DNA from: Trichoplax sp. H2
Lineage: Eukaryota
Reading direction: 5' to 3'
Assembly: GCA_003344405.1 (NCBI GenBank)
Contig: NOWV01000151.1
Location: forward strand, 124,001 to 185,705
Length of the DNA: 61,705 bases
In this document: positions 18,656 to 31,526 of the stretch, in pieces
Position numbering within the stretch: the first letter of the stretch is position 1
Layout: every line of letters starts with the position of its first letter
Notes under the pieces: generated by a model
What the model was told of the DNA's origin: nothing
Database searches by the model: none
The model's input: the letters and a program-made list of their open reading frames with translations, nothing else
Made by a program: the position numbers and the translations under genes

Positions 18656-21600
18656 AATAAATAACATGCACAATTGGATAGATAACTATGAAATACCATG
18701 ATTACTTTTCTCCAGAGCTAATAATATATAATTAAATCATTGCGCAATCTATCGTACTTCATCTATTTTAACGTAATACTTCAACATAGTTTGTAATTGC
18801 AATATCTGTAATTATTTTGATAGGTTTTAAATTATGATAAGAAATCTTAAGTCACTTTCTATTTACTGCATTCCTTCTTGTACATAATTTTATATTAACT
18901 TCAATGATATTTCACCAGCTCATCTAAATCAAAACACAGCATACAGTATAGCGAAACCTGCTTTATATCGCATCAACATACAGCAAGAAATCATAATTAA
19001 ATAATTGACCATATTCATATCTGACTATAATCTAAGAAACATTGCCGCTAAAATTCTGAGAAATTGCTGTAAATCAATGTCTTAACTGGAAATTCTTTAT
19101 TAATACACAATAGTTGATTTCTTAATATAAAGTTATCGCTCATTACTAGATAGCCAAATACAACTTAAAAATAAATGCTAAAACACTTTCAGACTGATAA
19201 ACAATAAACTTTAAAATTAATAATTAGATACGACTTTTCCGTCGATATCAATCAGCTTGACGAGTAAAAATTAGACATAGTTCACTAGAATGGTTCTATA
19301 GAGGCTGCGGCAATTAAACCTGCTGCATACAGTCTCTAATAGGATACCATTACAAGAGCTACAGAGATCAGTATGTAAGATTAATGTGCTATTTTCATGC
19401 ACTAACACAATATAATGTATTATACTACCACTGTATTATCAACACTATTGCTAGATTTTCATTCAATACCATAACCAATCCAGTCGTACAGTATATATGA
19501 TTATAATTCTGATGCAACACTTTTTATATATTTATACTGTAACTACAAGCATTTCTAACCTGAAGTCCCTAATATTAGAATAGGTGAATTATTAACTAGA
19601 ATTATAGTTAATGCGCTATTCTTCAGTTTATTAGCAAATAAGTAACTTTTAATTATCAATTTCCTGAATGGCCTAAATTTATAATGGTAACGAAATAACA
19701 AAGTCCATAGTAACCCAATCTTTCTCATGTAATTTCACAGAACTTTGTCATAATGATTAGAACAATTACAGAATACTTTATCATTTGGCGAACACATGGC
19801 TAGGCGTATGAGCAACGCTAACAAAATAATAGCATCCTACAGTAACATATATATATATATATACGAGTAATATATATTTTGAAAGCTATCTGTTTGTCAA
19901 TTGCATAATCAGCACTATCAATTTATAGCTTTTGCTATTCATATGTGCGCATTTCTACCATACTGAAGCGCATATATTGTTATGCATCGAAATGAAATGT
20001 GCTCATATCTATTACTGTGCATTTCATTAATTTCTTCGTCAACGCTATTCAGCGATATAGTATCGTTTATCACTCATTTACGAGTATACTGAAGATTCGA
20101 CTGCTGATTCGTAGATATCCTTAACATCCGCTATACACGAACGACGATATGTGGGCACTGTATATGTTAGATTTTACACATTCTGATGTGTTTATTAATC
20201 TGTCTTTAATGTTTTTTAGGAAGCCATCTATCTGCCAGATTCACAGTTCCAAAAAGTCATCAACTGTTGCATGCTACTCTTTTCGCCCAATGCTATAAGA
20301 CATGCAACATATCCTTGTGTATATAGAAGTCAGCTGCAAGATTTACAAATGCTTGCTACAAAATATTTCCATAGCTACTTCATCAATATTATTTCATAGT
20401 GGTGTTAATCCATATATTTGCACGTAGTTCTACATATACACATTGTAAGACGTTGTACTGTGTTCCAAAAAGTATTCAAAAATTTATTCGGAAAAGCTCT
20501 TACAATAACTATTAAGTTAATAAATCGAATCAGGCTGCTCAAATCTAATTACGGTTAAAGCTGGTTTATAATAATTAAAACAATTTCGTTGGCATTAGTC
20601 AATTATAATGTGTCCACGCAAAATATACGTCATTAATTACGGTAATTATTTATCTACTGTCTTTTATTTATAATAAGTAATTCGTTCTGAGTAACAGTTA
20701 TGACCAAAAGGTAGAAATATAAAATAAATAAAATTTTAGGACTACGATGCCTTTTTTCAATATTGATTCATTATTATATAGGCGAAAGCCATCGTAAGAT
20801 TACTCGTTTAAAGCAAATCAAACCAACTACAATAAATAATTTCATAAGCATCTGGCCTTAATCCTCTATAATTAATTAGTTAAATTTGATCAGCTACAAT
20901 TCATAAATTGAAAAATCCTGACTGCATCGAGACTAATTTAGTAAAAAGTTATTGGTTAACTTTTTGATAATATAATAAATAAATAGTAAACAATCTTCAT
21001 TAATTACGATAGCGCAGCACATATGTTACATCCATTCTTAAATTTAGTAAATAGCTATAGAATTAACGGCCTGACGTAGTTTCAGATGTTGAGGGATTTC
21101 ATTCTTTTGTTGGATACCAAATCATTACTTGTATCGCTAAGTAGCCGTAAGCGAAAATTGATTTATTGACTAATCTCCCATTTACCTATTCATTAAGTCA
21201 TAAAGGATATTATTCAAAAGCTTTTACCTTAATAATACCAATACGGGCCTACCATGTATCAGTGCATATAATATATACAGGATAACGCGAAAACTTGGCG
21301 ATATATTTGTGTGGAAGTCCTGTTTGTATGGCTAAGATCAAATATTTTTGCATTACAATTTTAAATAAATTTATGAATCTAGTAATTGTAGCATGATAAT
21401 TTGAAAAAAGCCGAAATAAGTAGCCCTGTTTATACAAATTAATTACTTAGATAAATGCTATTAAATTTTAAAGTAAGATGTTCGTATTACTGAAATATTT
21501 GTTAGAATTATTAACAAATGTTTCATAAACTCAGAAAGAGACAACCCTTTCAGCATTACAAGTATTCCAGTCTTTATTACAAATTTTGGATGATTTATAA

Positions 21601-24600
21601 AGTAATCTTATAGATAATATCGTAAAATAATATTCGTAATGATCTTCAAACGAGAAATACTTAAGATATCGGCACCGCATCTCTAGTGAAATCAAGGATA
21701 TTTCGTTTTCACTCCAATGGTGATAATTTACTTAATAGTCTCTCCTCTTGTCTATATAGACCACGCTGCAGTACTCATAGTGCTGTTTTCCAAATTACTA
21801 CCATTACAAACTGAATCCTAGGTATATCTTCAGAAAAATGTAATAGCAAAGATTTTTTTGATACTTCTATCATAAATTTCAGCATCATAGTAATAAAATT
21901 CTACTGGAAAGTACTGTACACCAAAATAAGATAGTTTATCTTACGGTATACGTGTACCTTACGACATGTTACTATCACCGTACTGACATTGCATAAATTG
22001 TTACTGATTTATGATATTATATGATCTATTCCAACTAATAATTGCTATGGGCTGTGTAATTCAATATCATTCTAAAATGCCCAATATGCTTTTCTATAAT
22101 ATATCTAGTAACTAACAATACCTTAATATCGTTTATAATTTTGTAATCTTAACTATCAACGAATTTCTAATAAGTTGCTAGTTCTCATTCCTCGCCATGA
22201 AATTTGATTTAACCTATATGATGAGAACAGAAAGATCACTTTATTACTGAATTTAATTCCTTTCCTATAGTTAGCTAATTTAGGCAGAGCAGGTCATTAA
22301 TCAACAACCACTTTTAATAAAGCGCACCTCAGGATAATATGCACCAATCTGCTACACTGCATATACATACAAATGCTAATACACAGAGAAACCAGTCCAT
22401 AGGAATTGAAAATGAATGTACGCAAATTTCAAGTAGAAACTTTTTGTTTGTTCTGACTACAATAAGGTAAAACTACTGTACGTTATAATGCAAATTGAAA
22501 ACCTAAGGACAGATCTAGTAATAAAATTTAAATTTGATAGTATAATGGTGTATATTAGTGAGTAAATATTTGAGTCGCCTCAACTGATACTGTGTTCAAT
22601 AGAACAGTAGCCTCAAAACAATTTCACTCTTTAACTACTCTTGTGACCTATTGAATATCGTTAACCATTAAATACATTTATGCCCGCTTGGATAACGTTA
22701 GAACACATTCCGTCACATTAGCGTGGTAATTACTTAAACTATTACGAATAGCCGTAAAGACAATAAATATCAAGATTAAGGATTATTCACAGTTTTTAAA
22801 ATTAGAATTATCAATAAAAAGATATTTGGCGAATGATCGAGCATTCGAATGAGATATCCGGTATCATAGACGCTTATTGCTTGATAGCTTGCTGCAACTA
22901 TTCAATAGCATTCTTTTACGTTAATATTGGTTCTCGACACTAAATTTTGGCACTACTACTGACAGTTATGATAGTTGTTTTCTACCCTTTCTATAGGAAA
23001 CAAAATTTAAAAGGCATCTGATGCGTGTAACAGTTTTAAGATAAAAATAGTACAACAATCCACAGAGAATTTCTCTTAGCTATGCGATAAACTAAATTCA
23101 AAGTATCGTTCTTTATTCAATCAGCTGGATACAGTTGTTATCGAATAATCAATAACATCAAAACTTTGTAATACGAAATTCATTAATTACACGTTATACA
23201 GGTTCAAGATATTTGGTTCCAACAAGGCATGAAATGCCTGCGGCACTGTATAGCAGTAGTTAATAGATGACTACCATTTTACTTTGGCGGTTACGAAATT
23301 TTATGGAAATTGTAATTGATTTAAAGTTCTGTAAAATGAATAGGAATTTCAATTTACAAAGCACGAAAGCACTTGGTATAAATATTAACCGTAGCTGTAG
23401 CTCAGCTAATTCAGTTCCGAAAGTATGAAATCATTAAAGTTTGTTAGCTGTGATGCAAATTTTACAGCAAATGCTATTGCAAGAATCATGCATCAATTTT
23501 CTTGCGCGACAATTCGACTACGTAGAAGAATTTCCTCTATAGTAATTTTTTGCGTAGCAAATATTATCAGAGCAATAGGTGTAATTTTATTAATCATTGC
23601 TCTATTTAGAATAGGCTTATAATGCCAGGATTCACAATGGTGCCAGCACTGCCTGATATAATCGTCAATAAATTGTTACGAGCCCATATAAAGTAAATTT
23701 TTTCAGATTAAGATGAATTATATAATATACAAATTTATTATATGTTTTTGATGCCACTGTACTATCGTTTCTATTTACAGATATAGTAGACTGCAACACT
23801 GCAAAAATTTAATATTAATATACACAATTGCTTGGTATATCTAAGAATGTAGGCTAAATATATATGCAATTAAAAAAGAGCTCTAGTAAGACAATAATAT
23901 TGACAGTGAATCTGTTTGATGTAAATAAATGAAACCTGGATTATTATATTTAAGTTTCCATAGACACCAAGGTCAGCCAGTAGTTCTACAGTAAAACAGC
24001 TTTGAAGTTGTATATGAGATATTAGGTGAAAAGGTTACATTTTATTGTCATAAACGCAACCTTACCAATTCAAGACAGTAAATTAATGAGTATCGTAATT
24101 AATTTAAAGGCAGAATACATCTTAGATATTAGCGGGATTGTATTAACTCTTGCTTTCAAGCTTTATGTCGCTTTGATGATAGACATACATGGTCATTGAT
24201 ACTTGAATGGCTTGCAAAGAATAAAATTACAACTAATCTTACTTTTAAGATGAGAAACGACTAAGTAAATATTATCAATCCAGCGACAAGATAGTCTGCG
24301 TCATAAGCAGTTATGATTTCATTACATAAGGAAAGTTGTTCATTCTGTATTTAGCATCAGCCAAAAGCTTGATCGTCCTTACTGTTATTAGGAAAGTGTC
24401 TATTACTTTCGAATCGCTATATTTGCTGAAATCAAGATAAAATTATAACCTTGACTCGATATAGTTTTTTTACACCATAATTACAAATTAATATCATCTT
24501 AACATTGATGCTCTATGGTAATAAATCCATCCAAATATCTTAATAATCCACTTTCTTTGAAGAATCAATTCAAGCCGTTGTTTTCCGTACATTTATGGTC

Positions 24601-24896
24601 ATGGTAGCTTTTTCCATTTTGCCCTTGGTTCTAAACAGTGTCCCATACTATAATTACAGCATTTCATGATCACTGGTATTAATAAATTAAACGAAACTGT
24701 GGTGAGGTTTGGTAAAATACAATTGAATTAATGTTGGCTAAATCGCAATTTCTTAAATTCGAAATTGATTCGTAATATTCTACAAATGCTGTTTGTCCAC
24801 TATCTAAATACCGATTTGTAAGTTCTTCAACAGCATTGTTTACCATGTATGCCATGATGTAATATCATGACAATGCGGACCAATTCAGTAATTCAT

Positions 24897-25922
24897 TCAA
24901 GAATTTATTAGTACATTATTGACGTTACTAATCGGCGAAGAATAAATAAAGGGATGAATTGCCATATTCACTTTTTGAAGTAGAATAACAGAAATAGAAA
25001 CATATTTCAACGAAGCTACTGTCTGATTAATTTCCATTGGTTGTAATAAAATTGCTAGAGATAAAGGTAACCAAGTTGTTGCATCAGTGATTGCAATTGC
25101 GATGGCAAAAAATATCAGCCACGGTCTAATTTCATTTCTGACTAATATCGCATCGTTGCGACTGTGATGTTGTCGTGACGGAATTGATTGTTGACACCAG
25201 CCAAGTGTAAATATTATATGAGCATAGATAATAATAACTAAGCAGTAGGAGATAAAGCAATAGGCCAAGTAACATGTTGCTGAATAAAATAAGATCTCAG
25301 GTGAAGTATTCAAATAAATACATAAACCATTGACATCATAAGTATCATCGAATGGTATTCTTGTTAAGGTACGGGATAAAATTGTAACAATGCTGGCAGT
25401 TATAATGGCTATCATCCATATGATAGATGTGATTACTAGTATCGTGATGCGATAGTCTTGCCAACTCAAGGCACGATAGTGTAAAATTAATTTCGATCTC
25501 TCAATAGCTATTAGAACTGCAAATGATGATGATGCAATCGTAGAAACACAGTTAAGAAATCGTAAGACAGCACAAAATGAACTATTTGGCCATTGATAGT
25601 ACTGTGATCTATCATTTGATGGATACGATTGACGATCCAAGTAAACGTCAACGGCAGCAATAGCAGTCATATAAAATGTACCGATTAAATCAGCAAAAGC
25701 AAGATGTGCTAGTAAATATGACGGTGTAGCATGTAATCGATTACCATTATTGTGATGTATAGAAGATACACGTTGCACAGTATTGGTATTCTTACGGAAT
25801 CGCTTACAGTGAACTATAATGGCAGCAATATTGGCTAAACTACCTAGAACGCCTGGTATCCAAGTCACAAATGGTGCGAAAACCCTATGTCCAGTAATTG
25901 CGGATGATCGATTCGAAGCCAT
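24897..25922 (-). CDS. Intronless rhodopsin-class GPCR with an LGR/relaxin-receptor/GRL101-type 7TM domain and no LRR ectodomain
   Basis: 341-aa ORF with 7 hydrophobic segments. Motifs: WIPGVLGSLAN, HLAFADL..YM.AIAAVD, QWPNSSFC, IAIERS (DRY position), NGLCI, TDATTWLP, NMAIHPFIY. Confidence 0.85.
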   Translation of the reverse strand: MASNRSSAITGHRVFAPFVTWIPGVLGSLANIAAIIVHCKRFRKNTNTVQRVSSIHHNNGNRLHATPSYLLAHLAFADLIGTFYMTAIAAVDVYLDRQSYPSNDRSQYYQWPNSSFCAVLRFLNCVSTIASSSFAVLIAIERSKLILHYRALSWQDYRITILVITSIIWMIAIITASIVTILSRTLTRIPFDDTYDVNGLCIYLNTSPEILFYSATCYLAYCFISYCLVIIIYAHIIFTLGWCQQSIPSRQHHSRNDAILVRNEIRPWLIFFAIAIAITDATTWLPLSLAILLQPMEINQTVASLKYVSISVILLQKVNMAIHPFIYSSPISNVNNVLINS

Positions 25923-28900
25923 GACGTGGATGCCACCTTAACTAGTAATCTTGGTAACTAAAGTGAAGATCAATTCCCAGAAATGTCTCTGCAATTATGC
26001 TGGTATATTTCTATCGGTACTAAATTTACTAGATCTAAAGGCTTATGTAACTTCGTGTTTACTTTTGATGGTATTACTGAGTTGAAACTCTAAAATGGAA
26101 ATTAAGTACGGTAATATTTATGAGATGAATTATTACCCTTATACCCCAAACACTGAGTATTAACAAATGATGTTGATGACATCTAACGTCGAATAGTATC
26201 ATGGCAAATATTTAGTGTATATTAGAAATTCAAAGTTGCGTAATCATAATTCACTTAATTAATTAACGATCATATTTAAGTTTATGATCTTAATATTCTG
26301 AGACAAAAACTAACAGTGATTGTATTTTTATTAATAATCCGTGCTGAAAGCATTCATATATATAAGAAATTAATTAATTAATATAGGAAGAATAGCTTCA
26401 GACGTTTAGGTTGATCTACCGGTCATTAATATATAGCTAATATAACCAATAAAAAAATTTACAACAAAGTCCCCCTAAAATAATAGCAGCTTATTGTATT
26501 CGGTTTACCAATCTGCTCATAACGTCATCATTACTACAGTCATTACCATTTGTATTATACCTCATTTTTATCTATTAAGGTAACCTATAAATTTAATGCA
26601 TGATCGATGTTAGTATACGAACTAGAGAGGTACTGTATCCTATTGAGTTGAGGGTTTAATAAATATTGATGAAATTAAAATCCAATAGGAGAATATAAAA
26701 GTAATAACTTCTTCTGTGATTTCGAATTTTATTTCTTTTGAGGTTTACTGTACTATTTGTTACAGAGGTCAATTTCTGCCTTGATGCTACTTCCATAATT
26801 ATGAATCTTTCATAGCTACAGATTGAGATTTAAGCCAATTTTTAGTTCTTACCTTTGATAATATCAATCTATAAAATGTTGTCTGAGAGTTTTTAGTAAA
26901 ATGGGGTAAGTTTATAAAGAAACATCTGTGTTACGCTGTCAACAGGAAGCCAATCATTTCTTAACATTCGATTGTATTTCCAGTTAGCGAGGTGATTAAA
27001 ATAACAATCCAATACAAGTACAATGCTAAAATCGATTGAACGTCATGCTATTATATTAACGTCTGAGCTCAAGGCAATCATAGTTAAATAAGTTTACTTT
27101 AAATTTTAAAAATAGGAAATTTAATAAGAAGTGCTACTAGATGTTCAATTTTAGTCCATAAATGGTATTGTACGAGAACTCTTAATTAAAATATAGAACT
27201 TAACTATATTTTTCCTGATATTAAAATCTCCAGATTTTAAATTACTTCTTATGTATGTAATGAAGGATGTAAGATTAAAACTAACAATTGGCAATGAAAG
27301 CCATTATAATCTATCATTTTAGAATAACCTATGATGTTTAAAGAAATAATATTTTATTTGTTTTATTATTAAGAATTGAATTATTAGCTAAAATTAATTA
27401 AAATAAATGCCTATAATTTGATTTATGAAATTAAAGGTGGCATGATAAGCTTGTAAAAATCTGCAATATACTTGTATATATTGACACATATACTAATCCA
27501 TGATACATCGAAAGCAAATTTTAAAACTATGGAACAAGGAGATACACGCGCGATATCGTTTGTGCTGACTATACAGATATCTACGAGTATAAAGAAAATG
27601 TCAAGAAGATACTGTCCCTTTCAAATCTATCACCATTATGTTAGTAACCTTCTGTTTAAGTTTCATTTTAGTGGTACCAATTAAATGGAGATAGACAGAA
27701 ATATTGAATATTATATATTTTTGCTACGGAAATAAACTTATGCTAAACTTCAATTTTATGATAATTTTACGTAATTATTTCACGCATTGTACTGTATATA
27801 TATATATACATATTAAAATCTGCTTGCAAAAAATATGTGTGCAAATATTCGGTGTAAATTAATTACGTCTCGTATACGGTATTGTACTTCATAAAATTGT
27901 TCGTTAATTGAGGGAAGGTAACTAAAATACTTCGTGATTATTATGAAGAATCGAAGATTAAATTATATTCCGCGTTTATTATACGAGCAATAACCTTTAT
28001 CTCCTGTAATTTGGATTCTAGAGTAAGAAAATCCATGTATAATGCAATATATCATAGGTACATATGTACCAATAATCTATTCATTTAGGCCTTAGATTAG
28101 TAATTTGTCAATGATAAAGTCGCGCTCTTATGGGCTAATTTACCTTATATTTACAGATGTGATTATACAATGCAAGTGCAATCGAATTCTAATTACACTT
28201 TCAGTATTTAATTAGCGCTTTTCTCACTTAGAAAAGAAGTAGGGAAATACAAACTAATTACACTAATAGATCTGAATAATATACTCCCTAACAGATTTTG
28301 CTCAAAATGAGATCGTCTGATCGCCAGATAAAAGCAAAAGTTAAAATATTTATGGCATTGCGTAATAAATACTGTAAATGTTCATGAAAATCTTTTAATA
28401 CGAATACATTGTACAGTACTGTATAGTATTGTAGAAGTCATCTCACTGCAGCATGGTATCCGATGGCAAATCAATCTGTAAACGATAGCATTTACATTTA
28501 ACTAAATAGTCCAAAATTATACTGTTTTGCTAGCTAGTATCCGATGGTGTGTAATTTGTTGTGCGTAGTACACTATGTAGTAGTAGATAATTTCCGATTT
28601 CTAACATGACTATCAGGTATGAACTTTTTCTTCACCATACCAAAAGTACGAGTATGCAATGAGAAATGTCTTACCCAAAGGTGTTTGTTTTTGTCAATAT
28701 CTATTCCATATTATAAACCTAGTCGTAATTTATTTTAAGAACGATAATGTCTTATTAAGAGTCACATTTTTTCGCCATTGCTCGTACAATTTCAAGAAAT
28801 TAGAATTTGTTAGTTAGGAGATCCAATAGCATCGTGTATTGAATGCGTCGTTGTATTGGCCAAAATAGGTACATGACAGATACCAGCTCAATAAAATTTA

Positions 28901-29087
28901 ATTTTTAAAAATATTATGTAACAACGTCCCATAAACAAATAGTATTAATATGCAGACTTTTTATTACAAGAAACAATTATGATAGCGATATAAAACATTG
29001 AATGCAGAATGCAGTCATCTTCAATCGTATAGTTACTAAGGCAATAGATAATGTGAGGATTCGATGCTTCGGCTTGGAGTAGATTGA

Positions 29088-30458
29088 TTACCCGTTGACC
29101 AGGACTGACAAAGCTTTGACAACATCGCCACCGTTTTCTCGTAAATTTTTCTCAGCTACAGCTTTGGAGATTTCCATTTCATTTGCCTAGTTACAGCAGA
29201 TAACAGTATGATCGTAACTATGTTATGCAATGATAGGAAGGCAAACTGATCGTAATTATTAATTAATTCTATAATTTGTGTTTAATTTATCCTCTGTTAT
29301 CCTAATACGAAAGGATTCGACTTACAATTAACTCAATGTCTTCCTTATTCACTTTAACTTTAGCTAATTCCAGCTCTCTATGAAGAAAATAGCAAATATT
29401 GTTCTCATTAAAGACGCGACGTATTATTGAGAAAATTCAATTCAGCACAGCGTAGCTAATAAACTATAAATAAGCAATCTACAATACACTCAATCCATCG
29501 ATATGAATACTAATGACTGTATGATCGTTAGCACCGTCAATAGCATCTTGTATGATGAAAATCGAACGTAACATCGACACGTATTTCGTGCTAATTCAAC
29601 ATTGCTATCGATCGACTGAGCAAGGTATAGACCAGCTATTCGTTTGCAACTTGTATTACATACCTACGCGCTTTTTTATTTAATTCTTGTTGACGTTTCT
29701 CTCCGATGAGTTGGAAAGCCTTAACATATGAAAAATAATAGAAAAGTAACAAGGTAAAATTTCAAGTTGAGAAGAGGAATCGACACTAACATGAATGCAA
29801 ATCTCCTGGCAGAGGAGAATATCAAATTATAGCTTTCCATCCTGCTAAGAACAATTCATGGTATACAACTGATACGAAAGCTCACTACTGATGCCTGATT
29901 TATTTCATTCCCTGCATCATTACCAAGCAGGCATAAAACAAGCACTATGTACCTTGACAGTTTGTTTTATCATAACGACTTGTCTAGCCTGTAACAAACT
30001 GGAAATGAAGGCTTAGCAGGTGAACATGATCGTAGACTACATTATATCCATTCTTCCAATGAAAAAGGTACGCAAAAGTTTCAGATTGCTACAAACTATA
30101 TTAAATACCCACTTTACATTGCATCAATCAGAATAGAGATGTGTGGATATCGGTGATGAACATTATGGTGGGTATAAGTTAACGGCCACCTTGCAAGTCG
30201 TCGCCTCAACAACAAACGTAGGATTGATCAATAATTGTATAATAATTGTATTCTTGAACTAAGTCAATTTCATACTGCACTCATCGATATCATCATGTTA
30301 CAAAACTGGCTGTTACTACTACTGCTACTACTGACATTTTCAATATCCAATTTAATTTCTTGTTCTTCAGCATAATCAGTGACACGTTCTAAATCTGCAG
30401 CAGTTTCACTATCGTGTTTCTTGCCAGTATTAGGGACGCCAGCATTCTCTTCCTCCAT
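29088..30458 (-). CDS. HYPK: Huntingtin-interacting protein K, 4 exons
   Basis: Exons 30458-30336, 29719-29664, ~29377-29326, ~29186-29088. Reads KHDSETAADLERVTDYAEEQEI; ELAKVKVNKEDIELIANEMEISKAVAEKNLRENGGDVVKAL (UBA-like C-terminus). Confidence 0.92.
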
Positions 30459-30639
30459 TTTGCGTTGTAGTTGGCCGTGACCGAGGACTGGTGTCCGTCC
30501 TGTCTCTGACAATATCCAGTATGATGAAAAGCCCTTGGCTATCTAGTGTCTATTGTACTCCGTGCAGATTATAGTCTGCTATAGTGAATATATTTCAAGA
30601 TCTATTTTTATTGCCTTTTTCTTGCGCAGGAGCACATGT

Positions 30640-31080
30640 ACCATACGTACAATACATTGTACTGTACATAGAGGAGGTTTTCCTTGACCACTTGACCTCC
30701 CCTGTGCTGTACACTGTAGAGTACAGTATGTCAGTAAGGAATCACTAGGACTACTGAAAGATGCGAGCAGCTTGATACAGATCGCATTAATGATGGCGCA
30801 AAGTTGGATTCACTATGAAAAATGATTGAGTGACTGCTCGCTCATGCGCTGAAACCGGTCTACTATTGTACAATGTACACTCGTGATACTTTGGTATCGT
30901 CACGGAATGGTGGTATCACGTGTATCATCACGAGTCAGACGCATCGAGTTCATAAAAGGAACTCTACTGTACAGTACATACTGTGCAGTGGTCATACAGT
31001 ACTGTACTGTACAGTACTGTAAGTTGATAACCAGTGTTGAATGACCAGACTGTAAGACTTTAGTCGTCTTGTACTGTAGA
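30640..31080. promoter_or_regulatory. Divergent HYPK/SECISBP2 promoter region with ACAGT/ACTGT pentamer arrays
   Basis: Head-to-head genes with start codons at 30458 and 31527. Dense tactgtacagtac runs at ~30965-31080. Confidence 0.55.
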
Positions 31081-31526
31081 TGTATCGTGCATAGATTCAG
31101 CTACAGTCAAGCCTGTGTGGGCGATACATATCATAGTTTGCCGTGTTTACTACCCAGCAGCAGCCCATCCAAATAATACAGTAGTGTGTTCCATCCAACT
31201 TGATATTGTCCCTCCAGCTACCTTGAACCTGACTCAAACAACCAAGGCCCAATTAGCTCTTCTCTTCCTTTTCCAGACTATTCTTGCTACTCATGAGAGC
31301 CATTCCATTCCTCTCTATCTTTAAATTAGCCTTATTTGCCATGGACCTGAGCAATTGAGCATGGAATAGTGGATAGTGAAACAAAGTACTTGTCAACCTC
31401 CTTCATTCAGGAGTGGATCGTGCTACAACATTGTTAAAACGTTTATCATTGTTGTTGATTTCCATTGATAAATAGTTATCCTACCGTCTATTAGACTGGT
31501 TGTTTTCAAGCTTCGAAAGGGCCAAG

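Noticed and set aside
23425-23622. 65-aa ORF and other short intergenic ORFs (11300, 21249, 27472, 39928, 46442, 47184)
   Set aside because: Short, AT-biased composition, no family motifs and no supporting exon structure.
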